From Elusimicrobiota bacterium (GTDB lineage: Bacteria; Elusimicrobiota; Elusimicrobia; FEN-1173): DNA of 64,000 nucleotides. Positions 38,020-46,695 of the stretch are shown one piece after another. The notes beneath the pieces were generated by a model that had not been told where the DNA came from, made no database searches, and saw nothing but the letters and a program-made list of their open reading frames with translations. The stretch spans positions 39,262 to 103,261 of the forward strand of contig JAEURZ010000003.1 of the NCBI GenBank assembly GCA_016788905.1, read 5' to 3'. Numbering within the stretch: the stretch's first letter is position 1; every line of letters starts with the position of its first letter. The position numbers and the translations under genes were made by a program.

Positions 38020-38637
38020 ATGCTCAATGTCGGCGGGAACCGTCAACGGTGCTACCTCTACCAAATGCGGTCGGGGTTGGGAGACGATCCTTACGAGATT
38101 CTTACCCGGCTTACCCATCGGGTGTGGCAGACGTTCGATAAGCGACAGGGGGACTATTCCCTTGATCCCCATCTTTGGCCTGAAATTTTCCACACCTTCC
38201 ATCGCGTGTTCCAGGGACGCCTGTCATTCAACCCTTATTGCGGTCAGCGGGACGCCTGCTATCAAATCCCTTGTGTGCTGTGCGGGCGCGAACCTCACGC
38301 GCACGCTCCTTTAAAAAGGTTGTTCCATTTAGAAACCCGTCGACCCTTACCGGAATTCCTCCAAGCCATTGCCGCGGCTCTCGAGCGCCGACTTCGTCGC
38401 AAAGACATTCGTTCACGGGGGGGAGAAAAACCCCTGAGAGACTTGTTCCACGAAAGCATGGTGGACGCGCTCAAGGAACATTTTTTTATGAGTGAGGTTT
38501 GTTCTCACTGTCCGGTGCGGGAAACGTTGGGCGACCGGAGGGTCTGGGTCCGGGACGTGATGGAAGTCCCCTGGGGCGGATTACGGCGTGTTCTTCCCCA
38601 GGAGGCTCCCCAATTCGAAGAGCTCGAGGAGGCGTAA
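38020..38637 (+). CDS. hypothetical Cys/His-containing protein (205 aa)
   Basis: RBS 'aaggagg' 8 nt before the ATG at 38020; 'CGQRDACYQIPCVLCGREPHAH' and 'CSHCPVRE'; downstream of the SPASM gene on the same strand. Confidence 0.45.
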   Translation: MLNVGGNRQRCYLYQMRSGLGDDPYEILTRLTHRVWQTFDKRQGDYSLDPHLWPEIFHTFHRVFQGRLSFNPYCGQRDACYQIPCVLCGREPHAHAPLKRLFHLETRRPLPEFLQAIAAALERRLRRKDIRSRGGEKPLRDLFHESMVDALKEHFFMSEVCSHCPVRETLGDRRVWVRDVMEVPWGGLRRVLPQEAPQFEELEEA

Positions 38638-38642
38638 TCCCT

Positions 38643-39509
38643 ATGAAAATTCTGCTCGCGGTGGACGGATCGAAACATTCCCAATGGGCCGAACGTTTGT
38701 TGTCTCTCGTGACGGGGCCGGGGCATTCCGTTGAGGTCCTGACCGTCATCCCCGTTGTCCACAGGGGTGATGCGGGAATCCCCTCGATCACGGAAGTCAT
38801 AAGGGAAAGCGGAGCGAAGATGGTCCGCGCCGTGGCGAAAGGGTTAGGGAAAAAGTTTAAGACGTCCACCGCGGTGGTCGAATCCTCGGATGTGGCCGCC
38901 ACGATCTTGGATCGGGCGAAAAAGTTCCGGGCCGATCTCGTGGTGTTGGGCGCTCGCGGGGTCACCCCTCTCAAAACATTTTTCTTGGGAAGCGTATCGA
39001 ACAAGGTGACCCGCCACGCCACCTGTTCGGTTTTGGTGGCGCACCGAAACCCGGGTCGGACCCTGACTGTGTTGTCGGCAGTGGACGGTTCGCCCGAGGG
39101 GCGCCGAGCCACGGCGTTTGCGCATAAATTGGGGGCGGCCCGTTCCGCCCGATTGATTTTGGTTCACGTGTTGGCTGAGCCGATGGTTTTCTGGATTCCG
39201 GAGGTGGGCGTCCCAGGGGGCTATGGAAACGTGTCCGCCCACCAGGTGTCCCTGAAGGCCCTGCGTGAACGAGGGGCGCGTGTCTTGGCGGACGCCAAAA
39301 AAGAGTGGGTGGGCCAATTCAAATCTGTCCGGACGCAATTGCGGGAAGGGCATCCCTCCGGCGAAATTCTCCACGCGGCCAAAAGTTCTCGGGCCAGCTT
39401 GGTGGTGGTGGGCCGACGGGGTCTGTCCCGGTTGGATCGCTTCTTTATGGGGAGCGTATCTCAGAAAGTATCATCCTACGCGTCCTGCGGGGTCTTGATT
39501 GTGCACTGA
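38643..39509 (+). CDS. tandem universal stress protein (2x UspA domains)
   Basis: 'MKILLAVDGSKHSQWAE...LVVLGARG...GSVSNKVTRHATCSVLV' repeated as '...LVVVGRRG...GSVSQKVSSYASCGVLI'. Confidence 0.8.
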   Translation: MKILLAVDGSKHSQWAERLLSLVTGPGHSVEVLTVIPVVHRGDAGIPSITEVIRESGAKMVRAVAKGLGKKFKTSTAVVESSDVAATILDRAKKFRADLVVLGARGVTPLKTFFLGSVSNKVTRHATCSVLVAHRNPGRTLTVLSAVDGSPEGRRATAFAHKLGAARSARLILVHVLAEPMVFWIPEVGVPGGYGNVSAHQVSLKALRERGARVLADAKKEWVGQFKSVRTQLREGHPSGEILHAAKSSRASLVVVGRRGLSRLDRFFMGSVSQKVSSYASCGVLIVH

Positions 39510-39523
39510 GTAAAGGGGGTTTT

Positions 39524-40252
39524 ATGGTTCTTGCCACAGACCATCTCACACGGTTTCTTTCGGCGGCGGCAAAGCTTCTTCCCGATCACGCCGATAATGG
39601 AAGGGCTCCGCGCCCGTTTATTACCATTTCGCGCCAAACAGGGGCGGGCGGTTACGCGATCGCGCGAGCGTTGCTGGAAAAAACCCGCTCGTGTCGACCG
39701 CAAACGATCTTTGGTGGTTGGGCTCTCTTCAATGAGCGGTTGGCGGAAGTGGTGGCGGATAATCCTTCCCTCAAAGTGTCTCTCCGGGGCTTGGCGGAGG
39801 AGGAGTTCGCCTCAGGCATTCAGGATATGGTGTCTTCCTGGATCGCGGGTCTTTCCCCCCAGTCCGTGGTGGTGTCTCACTTGTTTAAAGTGATTCGCTC
39901 TTTGGCGGGGGGAGGTAAAGTCATCATCGTGGGTCGGGCCGGGGCTTGCCTCACTCGCCCCTTGATGGGAGGACTTCACTTGCGTTTGGTGGCCTCGCTT
40001 CCGACCCGGGTTCGTCGGGTGATGGCCCTTCGTGGTGTTTCCGAGAAAGACGCCCGACAGTCGATCTTGGCGCGGGATCGGGCCCGTGCGGCCTTGGTCA
40101 AAAATTATTTCCATCGGGACATTGAGGATCCCTTGTTGTACGATTTGGTTTGGAACACAGAAACGGTGGGAGCTTCCGCGATTGCGGCGACCACGCTCCG
40201 GGCGGTGGAGGCGGTTGTTCGGCAAGGGCCCGGGAAAGGCCTCGAACTCTGA
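39524..40252 (+). CDS. cytidylate-kinase-like family protein (P-loop NTPase, function unclear)
   Basis: 'PFITISRQTGAGGYAIARALLEK' matches the CMP-kinase-like family signature. Confidence 0.6.
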   Translation: MVLATDHLTRFLSAAAKLLPDHADNGRAPRPFITISRQTGAGGYAIARALLEKTRSCRPQTIFGGWALFNERLAEVVADNPSLKVSLRGLAEEEFASGIQDMVSSWIAGLSPQSVVVSHLFKVIRSLAGGGKVIIVGRAGACLTRPLMGGLHLRLVASLPTRVRRVMALRGVSEKDARQSILARDRARAALVKNYFHRDIEDPLLYDLVWNTETVGASAIAATTLRAVEAVVRQGPGKGLEL

Positions 40253-40266
40253 GAAAAGGAGATTCG

Positions 40267-40503
40267 ATGACGAAGATAATTCAGAAATCGAAGGGCCCTC
40301 TTCCCGGGATATTTCTTCCTGGAGTCGGCCTGATGGATATTCTGGAGCACGGGGGGGGCGTGCGCGGGGTGTTTGACCGTGTGCACACCCACTTTTTTGA
40401 AACCCTCTGCGCGCCGGATTCATTTCACGAGGGACCGTTCCCTGCGAGGTCCCAGCGAACGAAAGGAAAAGGAGGGTCCCATGCTCAAGGCCACTCTCGG
40501 TAA
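40267..40503 (+). CDS. possible small ORF (78 aa), doubtful
   Basis: RBS 'aaaggag' before the ATG at 40267; contains a G8 tract; overlaps the start of the next gene; no motifs. Confidence 0.2.
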   Translation: MTKIIQKSKGPLPGIFLPGVGLMDILEHGGGVRGVFDRVHTHFFETLCAPDSFHEGPFPARSQRTKGKGGSHAQGHSR

Positions 40504-40891
40504 AGAACTTCTTATCAAACGGTTGAACGAAATAGGGGGTCTGGCTGACGTCGTCAAAACGGTCGCCGAAAAAGGCCTGACCATTTTGGCGGTGTGCGCC
40601 TGGGTGGAAGGACGAGACGGCGTTTTTCGCCTTCTGGTGGACGATGCGTTACGGGCGTCCGACGCCCTTCGCGCCAAAAACATTGAGGTTCGCGAAACGC
40701 ATGTGGTGGTGGTCGAGGTCCCTCACAAACCCGGCATGCTTAAGCTGTTAACGGAAAAATTGCGGGAGGCGGCCATTGACCTCCATCATCTCTACGCTTC
40801 CGCGGCCACGGATCAAGCCAAGTGTGTGGTGGTGTTTTCAAGTTCCGATAACCAGCGGGCGGTTGTCGTTCTTAATCAAGCCGCTCACTGA
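40481..40891 (+). CDS. tandem ACT-domain protein
   Basis: RBS 'aaggagg' before the ATG at 40481; two bab-fold-like halves 'LTILAVCAWVEGRDGVFRLLV' / 'ETHVVVVEVPHKPGMLKLL'. Confidence 0.55.
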   Translation: MLKATLGKELLIKRLNEIGGLADVVKTVAEKGLTILAVCAWVEGRDGVFRLLVDDALRASDALRAKNIEVRETHVVVVEVPHKPGMLKLLTEKLREAAIDLHHLYASAATDQAKCVVVFSSSDNQRAVVVLNQAAH

Positions 40892-40979
40892 CGTCTCCCC
40901 TCCTGAACCCTGTTGGCCGGGTTCAGGATTTTTAATTCCCAAAATGTTTGTCTTCCCTTCATTTTAAACAAACGCTAGA

Positions 40980-42239
40980 ATGCCAGCCATGGAACGCGCG
41001 GTGGTGGTCGGGATTCGTTTGAAGGGGGGCGACGAAAGGGTTGAGTCCGCGTCTCTTCTGGAACTTAAACGTCTTCTTGAAACCGCTGGGGGGGTGGCGG
41101 AAGCCACGGTGGTTCAGGAACGGGCCCGACGGGACCCCGCGACACTGATTGGTGAGGGAAAGGCGGTGGAGATTGCCGAGCTGGTGAAGCGTGACGGGTT
41201 GTCCGCCGTCGTTTTTGATGAGGAACTTTCCCCCAGTCAACAGAAGAATTTGCAAGAGGTGATCCCCGCCAAGATCATTGACCGAACCCGGCTTATTTTA
41301 GATATTTTTGCCCAGCGGGCCCGTACGCGGGAAGGCAAACTGCAAGTGGAACTGGCTCAAATGAACTACCTCTTGCCGAGGATTACGGAGCGGTATGGGC
41401 GTTTTGAACAACAGACCGGAGGAATTGGGACCCGGGGCCCTGGAGAACGGAAACTGGAAATTTCCCAACGGCGTATTCGGGAACGGATCGTGCGTTTGAA
41501 GCGTGAGATGGTTGGCGTTCGACATCAACGGGCCCTTCAGCGAGACAATCGGCGGCGGACCCCGGTTCCCCTTGTGGCGATTGTGGGATACACCAACGCC
41601 GGGAAATCGACTCTTTTAAACGCGCTCCACACAAGCCCTGGCCTCGATGTGTTGGCCGATGACAAACTTTTTGCCACGTTGGACCCCACCACCCGACGGG
41701 TGAAATTGCCGGGGGGGCGACCGGCGTTGTTCGTGGACACGGTGGGCTTTATTCAACGGTTGCCGCATCACCTGGTGGCGGCCTTCCACGCCACGTTGGA
41801 AGAAGCCCGCGATTCGGATTTCGTTGTTCATGTGGTGGACGCATCGAACCCGGATTGGGTTGAACAGAAGCGGGTGGTGGAAGATGTCCTCCGTCTTTTA
41901 GAGGCAGACAAGATTCCCCGGATGAACCTGTTCAATAAATGTGACGCGCTTACATCGGCCCAGCGGGCTCAGGGGCGGCGGGAAGGGCGGGTGATGGTTT
42001 CCGCCCGAAAGGGCGATGGATTGGACCGGTTTCTTTCTCGGGTGGAAGCCCAATTGGAAGTGGGGCTTGTGGACCGGACCTTTGTTCTTCCGCACAGGCG
42101 CCGAGATCTCTTGCCCGTTCTTTACGGTACGGGGCGAATCGTTTCTGAAAAACCGGCGGCGGACGGTACCCGGTTTCGGGTCAAATTGGACGATAAAAAT
42201 TGGGGATTTATTCGAAAGGAGCTGGAGCATGGTTGTTAA
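40980..42239 (+). CDS. hflX: GTPase HflX
   Basis: HflX N-domain 'AVVVGIRLKGGDER...', G1 'VAIVGYTNAGKSTLLNAL', G3 'VDTVGF', G4 'NKCD'. Confidence 0.9.
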   Translation: MPAMERAVVVGIRLKGGDERVESASLLELKRLLETAGGVAEATVVQERARRDPATLIGEGKAVEIAELVKRDGLSAVVFDEELSPSQQKNLQEVIPAKIIDRTRLILDIFAQRARTREGKLQVELAQMNYLLPRITERYGRFEQQTGGIGTRGPGERKLEISQRRIRERIVRLKREMVGVRHQRALQRDNRRRTPVPLVAIVGYTNAGKSTLLNALHTSPGLDVLADDKLFATLDPTTRRVKLPGGRPALFVDTVGFIQRLPHHLVAAFHATLEEARDSDFVVHVVDASNPDWVEQKRVVEDVLRLLEADKIPRMNLFNKCDALTSAQRAQGRREGRVMVSARKGDGLDRFLSRVEAQLEVGLVDRTFVLPHRRRDLLPVLYGTGRIVSEKPAADGTRFRVKLDDKNWGFIRKELEHGC

Positions 42240-42789
42240 TAAATCAAATCTTTCCGGGGCGCGGCCCATGACATGGGCCAATCGCATCACGATAGCGCGT
42301 ATCCTTTTGACGCCGGTGTTGGTGATTCTTCTCTTAAAGGGCGAGCGATTGTGGCCCTTGTATATTTTCGTTTTAGCGGCCCTTTCCGATGTGTTGGATG
42401 GGGCCGTGGCCCGTTGGCGGGGCGAGCAGACCACCTTAGGGACCTTTCTGGATCCCATCGCGGACAAGCTCCTTCTTTCTTCTTCCTTTTTGGTTTTTGC
42501 TCATTTGGGTCGCTGTCCCATGTGGGTTTTTATTGTCGTTTTTTCTCGAGATCTTTTAATTCTTTTGGGGTGGAACGTGATCACTATTTTATCTGGCACA
42601 TCCATCGTTCGCCCTCGGTTTTTGGGGAAAGCCACCACGTTGGTGCAAATGCTCACCGTTATGGCGGTGTTGGCCTTCCCAGGCCAAACGTGGCCGGCGC
42701 TGCTTTTCTGGCCGATGGTGGCGGTCACGGTCATGTCCATGGCGGATTATGTCTGGGTGGGGTCGAAAACATTAGGGGAATTAGCGTGA
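42229..42789 (+). CDS. pgsA: CDP-diacylglycerol--glycerol-3-phosphate 3-phosphatidyltransferase
   Basis: CDP-alcohol phosphatidyltransferase motif 'DVLDGAVARWRGEQTTLGTFLDPIADKLL'; RBS 'aaaggag' before 42229 (alternative start at 42268); GTGA overlap with der. Confidence 0.8.
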   Translation: MVVNKSNLSGARPMTWANRITIARILLTPVLVILLLKGERLWPLYIFVLAALSDVLDGAVARWRGEQTTLGTFLDPIADKLLLSSSFLVFAHLGRCPMWVFIVVFSRDLLILLGWNVITILSGTSIVRPRFLGKATTLVQMLTVMAVLAFPGQTWPALLFWPMVAVTVMSMADYVWVGSKTLGELA

Positions 42790-44114
42790 GCAGCACTTTG
42801 CCCACCGTCGTTATCGTTGGTCGGCCCAACGTAGGGAAGTCCACTCTTTTCAACCGGCTTTGCGAGAGCCGCCGGGCCATCACGTCTCCCATTGCGGGAA
42901 CCACCCGGGACTGGATTGAAGGCTTGTGTCATTGGAACGGGCGCGTGTATCGAGTGGTGGACACCGGAGGCTATGCACCGGGGGCGGACGTGATGGCCTC
43001 GGTGCGGACTCAGGTGAAGCGTTGGGTGGATCAAGCCGACGTGATCGTATGGGCCGTGGACGCCAAGGAAGGGTTGACCGCCGGGGATCAGGATTTTGCC
43101 CGTTTGCTGCGGCCGATGGCGGGCCGAGTGATCCTGGCCGTGAACAAAGCAGACGCCGAACGGCATGACGCCGCGTTGGGTGATTTCGCGCGGTTGGGGT
43201 TTTCAAACATTTTGACTCTGTCGGCGTCCCATGGGCGGCGCATTTCCAGTTTATTGGACACTTTAGAAGAAAAAACGGGAGGTCCACCGCGGGGAGGGGA
43301 ACCCCACGACGCGGACACGGAAGAAGTTCGAATCTCAATTGTGGGTCGCCCGAACGTGGGGAAATCGTCTCTCACGAACCGGTTGGTCGGGGAAGAGCGG
43401 ATGATCGTTTCCCCCGTTCCCGGAACCACGCGGGACACCATTGACAGCCGATTGCGCTGGAAAGACCAATCGTTCCTCTTGATCGACACGGCGGGCCTTC
43501 GAGCGAAAAAGTCCAAGGCCGACGATTTGGAGGGGTTAACCCGGTTGATGACCGAACGCGCTTTGGAACGGTGTGAGGTGGCCCTCCTTTTGGTGGACGC
43601 TTCGGAGGGGTTGACCGAGGGGGACGTGGCGGTGGGCCGACTGATTGATGAAAAACGCCGGGCGTGTGTGGTGGGGGTGAACAAATGGGACCTGGTGGTG
43701 GATCGGGCGCCCAACGCCGCCTATTTCCGCGACCGAACGCCGGAAGGGATGCCCTTTATGGCCCACAGTCCCGTGGTTTTTCTCTCCGCGAAAACGGGCC
43801 ATCACGTGGAAGAACTTTTAAAAGCGTTACGGGTCACACGGGACGCTTTTCGTCAGCGCTTTGACGAAGAGGAACTGACGGCCTTTTTTTGGAAGGCGGT
43901 GCAGGAACGTCCCTATTCTTACCGTGGACGCAAGATGGTTTTTTACAGCGCGACGCAGGCGGCCACCGCACCACCGGTTTTTATCCTGCGTTCCAATCTG
44001 GAACCAGGGGAAGTCCACTTTTCCTTTGAGCGCCACCTGGAAGGGGTTTTTCGAAAGGTGTATGGGATGGCGGGGGTTCCGTTGGTGATGAAGTTTAAGA
44101 AAGGAAAACGATGA
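42786..44114 (+). CDS. der: ribosome-associated GTPase Der (EngA), two GTP-binding domains + KH-like C-terminus
   Basis: 'VVIVGRPNVGKSTLFNRL' and 'ISIVGRPNVGKSSLTNRL'. GTG start at 42786 in frame. The long upstream ORF-track extension overlaps pgsA and was rejected. Confidence 0.9.
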   Translation: MSSTLPTVVIVGRPNVGKSTLFNRLCESRRAITSPIAGTTRDWIEGLCHWNGRVYRVVDTGGYAPGADVMASVRTQVKRWVDQADVIVWAVDAKEGLTAGDQDFARLLRPMAGRVILAVNKADAERHDAALGDFARLGFSNILTLSASHGRRISSLLDTLEEKTGGPPRGGEPHDADTEEVRISIVGRPNVGKSSLTNRLVGEERMIVSPVPGTTRDTIDSRLRWKDQSFLLIDTAGLRAKKSKADDLEGLTRLMTERALERCEVALLLVDASEGLTEGDVAVGRLIDEKRRACVVGVNKWDLVVDRAPNAAYFRDRTPEGMPFMAHSPVVFLSAKTGHHVEELLKALRVTRDAFRQRFDEEELTAFFWKAVQERPYSYRGRKMVFYSATQAATAPPVFILRSNLEPGEVHFSFERHLEGVFRKVYGMAGVPLVMKFKKGKR

Positions 44115-44722
44115 TCGAGATCTTTGTGATTATGGGTCTGGCCTATGGTTTGGGATCTATCCCAACCGGCTACCTGATGGGGCGGGGGCTTAAAGGTATC
44201 GATATTCGTACCGTTGGATCGGGTAACGTGGGGGCGACCAACGTTTTTCGTTCTGTGGGGAAAATGGCCGGAGTCGCGACTCTCTTGGTGGATATTGCCA
44301 AAGGATTTCTTGCTGTGGAATTGGCGCTCATCTTTTTGGGGGGAAACCTATGGCCCTTGTTCGCGGGTGTGGCCGTGGTGGGTGGGCACAGTTGGTCCTT
44401 TTGGGTTCACTTTCGTGGGGGGAAAGGAGTGGCCACCTCCGCGGGAGTGTTTTTGGCTCTTTTGCCCGTCCCCATGGGGATCGCGCTCCTCGTTTTTGCG
44501 TTACTTTTCGGGCTCTCTCGACGTGTTTCGGTCGGGTCCATTGGGGCCGCCATGGTTTTGCCTGTGGCCGCTCAGGGGTTGGAGAGCCCCGCCTCTCGGG
44601 TTTTGTTGGCGTTGATTTTAAGTGGCGTTGTCATTTTTCGTCACATTCCCAATATTCGGCGGCTCCTTCGCGGTGAGGAACCTCCTCTCTTTACTCTGTC
44701 AAAAAAAGGACCCCTTCCATGA
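44111..44722 (+). CDS. plsY: glycerol-3-phosphate acyltransferase PlsY
   Basis: 'GLAYGLGSIPTGYLMGR...GSGNVGATNVFRSVGK'; ATGA overlaps with der and gpsA. Confidence 0.9.
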   Translation: MIEIFVIMGLAYGLGSIPTGYLMGRGLKGIDIRTVGSGNVGATNVFRSVGKMAGVATLLVDIAKGFLAVELALIFLGGNLWPLFAGVAVVGGHSWSFWVHFRGGKGVATSAGVFLALLPVPMGIALLVFALLFGLSRRVSVGSIGAAMVLPVAAQGLESPASRVLLALILSGVVIFRHIPNIRRLLRGEEPPLFTLSKKGPLP

Positions 44723-45756
44723 ATGAGCGCATCGCGGTTTTGGGCGGCGGCAGTTGGGGCGCAACGCTGGCCGACCACCTGGCAAAAAATGGTCATGATG
44801 TGTTTTTGTGGGAATTCGTGGAGAATGACGCGGACCGATTAAAGCGAACACGGCGCTTGCCCACTTTACCGCCTTTGGTTCTTCATGACAGTGTCCAAGT
44901 GACCTCACGTCTCGGGGAAGCTCTTTCCGGGAGATCGGTCCTGGTGAACGCTGTTCCTTCAACCCATGTTCGATCCACGTTTCAGGCGGTTAAAAAGACC
45001 GATGCGTTACTCCCGGGAGCTTGGGTGGTGAGCGTTTCCAAGGGGATAGAAAACGATTCGCTCAAACGCATGAGCGAGGTCATCGCGGAGTCGGATCCGC
45101 GCTTGGCCGGACGGGTGGCGGTATTGGCGGGGCCTTCTCACGCGGAAGAAGTGGCTCGTTCCCTCCCGGCCGCTGTGGTGGCCGCGGGGCCGGACACCTT
45201 TCGACAAAAAATAGTGGACTTGTTTAACGCCGATCATCTGCGTGTGTACACCAATCCTGATTTTACGGGTGTGGAACTATGTGGGGCCCTCAAAAATGTT
45301 TTTGCGGTGGCTTGCGGTGTATCGGACGGATTGGGTTTTGGGGACAACACAAAGGCCGCCCTCATGACCCGGGGATTGAACGAGATGGTTCGGTTGGGCA
45401 TGGCTGAAGGGGCCCAGGTGATTACCTTTTTGGGATTGGCAGGGTTGGGGGATTTGATTGTGACGTGTACGTCCCAACATTCCCGGAACCGTTCCTTAGG
45501 GGAAAAATTGGGTTCAGGAAAAACGGCCAAAGAGGCGTTGGCTGAAATGACCATGGTGGCCGAAGGGTTCCCCACCACGAAGAGCGCCATGCAATTGGCG
45601 TTGCGGCACGGGTTGGATCTCCCCATTATTCTGGAGCTTTATCATATTCTCTATGAGGGAAAGCCCGCACGGGACGCCATGCGGGACCTGCTGTCCCGAC
45701 CGCCGGTGCCGGAAATGATGCACATCCAATCTTTTATTAAACAAATGCCGTCCTAA
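44719..45756 (+). CDS. gpsA: NAD(P)H-dependent glycerol-3-phosphate dehydrogenase
   Basis: 'IAVLGGGSWGATLADHLAKNGHDVFLW' Rossmann; conserved der-plsY-gpsA order. Confidence 0.9.
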   Translation: MNERIAVLGGGSWGATLADHLAKNGHDVFLWEFVENDADRLKRTRRLPTLPPLVLHDSVQVTSRLGEALSGRSVLVNAVPSTHVRSTFQAVKKTDALLPGAWVVSVSKGIENDSLKRMSEVIAESDPRLAGRVAVLAGPSHAEEVARSLPAAVVAAGPDTFRQKIVDLFNADHLRVYTNPDFTGVELCGALKNVFAVACGVSDGLGFGDNTKAALMTRGLNEMVRLGMAEGAQVITFLGLAGLGDLIVTCTSQHSRNRSLGEKLGSGKTAKEALAEMTMVAEGFPTTKSAMQLALRHGLDLPIILELYHILYEGKPARDAMRDLLSRPPVPEMMHIQSFIKQMPS

Positions 45757-45765
45757 GGAGAGATC

Positions 45766-46023
45766 ATGAACAAAGCGGACCTGGTGAAAATGGTAGCGAA
45801 GGACGTGGGCAATTTAATGGAAGCGAAATCGGCGGTGACGCATATGTTTGAAGGGATGGCGAAGGCCCTCCAGGAGGGGAACAAAGTCGTGGTGCAGGGG
45901 TTTGGGAGTTTTCACGTGGTGATGCGAAAAAGCAAGCCGGCCCGCAACCCTCGGACGGGTACGCCCGTGATCATTCCTCCCCGGCGGCGGATTAAATTTA
46001 AAATGGCGAAAGGACTTCTTTGA
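45766..46023 (+). CDS. hup: DNA-binding protein HU
   Basis: 'MNKADLVKMVAK...GFGSFHVVMRKSKPARNPRTGTPVIIPPRRRIKFKMAKGL'. Confidence 0.9.
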   Translation: MNKADLVKMVAKDVGNLMEAKSAVTHMFEGMAKALQEGNKVVVQGFGSFHVVMRKSKPARNPRTGTPVIIPPRRRIKFKMAKGLL

Positions 46024-46030
46024 CGAAGTC

Positions 46031-46066
46031 CTCCTTCCGTCGATCAGGGCGGAGGATTTATTGATT
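46031..46066 (+). terminator. possible intrinsic terminator after HU gene
   Basis: Imperfect hairpin 'cctccttccg...cgggcggagg' followed by 'tttatt'. Confidence 0.3.
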
Positions 46067-46098
46067 TCTGGTTCGGCTTGTGGTATATTGGCCGTCCC

Positions 46099-46479
46099 AT
46101 GCTCTTGAGTCTACCGACGGATCAGGAGTTCTTCTCCATCGGCGAAGTGAGTCGACTCACGGGCCTGAAGTCGCACGTTTTGCGGTATTGGGAGTCAGCC
46201 GCTGGTGTGGTGCGTCCTGCCCGTCGAGGGTCGGGGCATCGGCGTTTTTCCCGAAAAGATGTGGAAGGGCTTCTTCGTGTCCAGGAGTTGGTCCGGGACC
46301 GCGGGCTGACTCTGGCGGGGGCCAAGAAACATTTACGGGCCGAAGCGAAACGGGGGCCCCTGCAGATCTCTTTAGCGCTGAGCGATTCCTCGGCCGCTGT
46401 GTCCACGCTAAAAGATGTTCGATCGGATTTGGCGGCACTCGTCAAAGATTTGAAAGCGAGGACCGATAGCCTTCGTTGA
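46099..46479 (+). CDS. MerR-family transcriptional regulator
   Basis: HTH 'FFSIGEVSRLTGLKSHVLRYWESAAGVVRPARRGSGHRRFSRKDVEGL'. Confidence 0.75.
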   Translation: MLLSLPTDQEFFSIGEVSRLTGLKSHVLRYWESAAGVVRPARRGSGHRRFSRKDVEGLLRVQELVRDRGLTLAGAKKHLRAEAKRGPLQISLALSDSSAAVSTLKDVRSDLAALVKDLKARTDSLR

Positions 46480-46520
46480 AGGTGTCGGAGAGTTGGTTTT
46501 AATTGTTCAGTCCGAGACAC

Positions 46521-46592
46521 CGGGGCGTAGCGTAGTGGTAGCGCACTCGCTTGGGGTGCGAGAGGTCGTGGGTTCAAGTCCCACCGCCCCGA
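46521..46592 (+). tRNA. tRNA-Pro (anticodon GGG)
   Basis: Cloverleaf by hand: acceptor CGGGGCG/CGCCCCG, anticodon stem CTCGC/GCGAG, loop TTGGGGT, T-arm GTGGG-TTCAAGT-CCCAC, discriminator A; no encoded CCA. Confidence 0.85.
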
Positions 46593-46695
46593 TGTGTCGG
46601 ACTGAAACGTGGTGTAAAAATAAAAAGGTGGCGGTTTTTTTATTCCAAGCTCCGTTGTCCCGCTTAGGCCTACACGGTCCCCGTCGTTCTCTCCT

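Noticed and set aside
42273-42789. Long N-terminal extension of the der ORF overlapping pgsA
   Set aside because: The extension is in a different frame from pgsA and lacks homology-like features. An in-frame GTG at 42786 immediately precedes the first G1 motif of Der and forms a GTGA junction with the pgsA stop.
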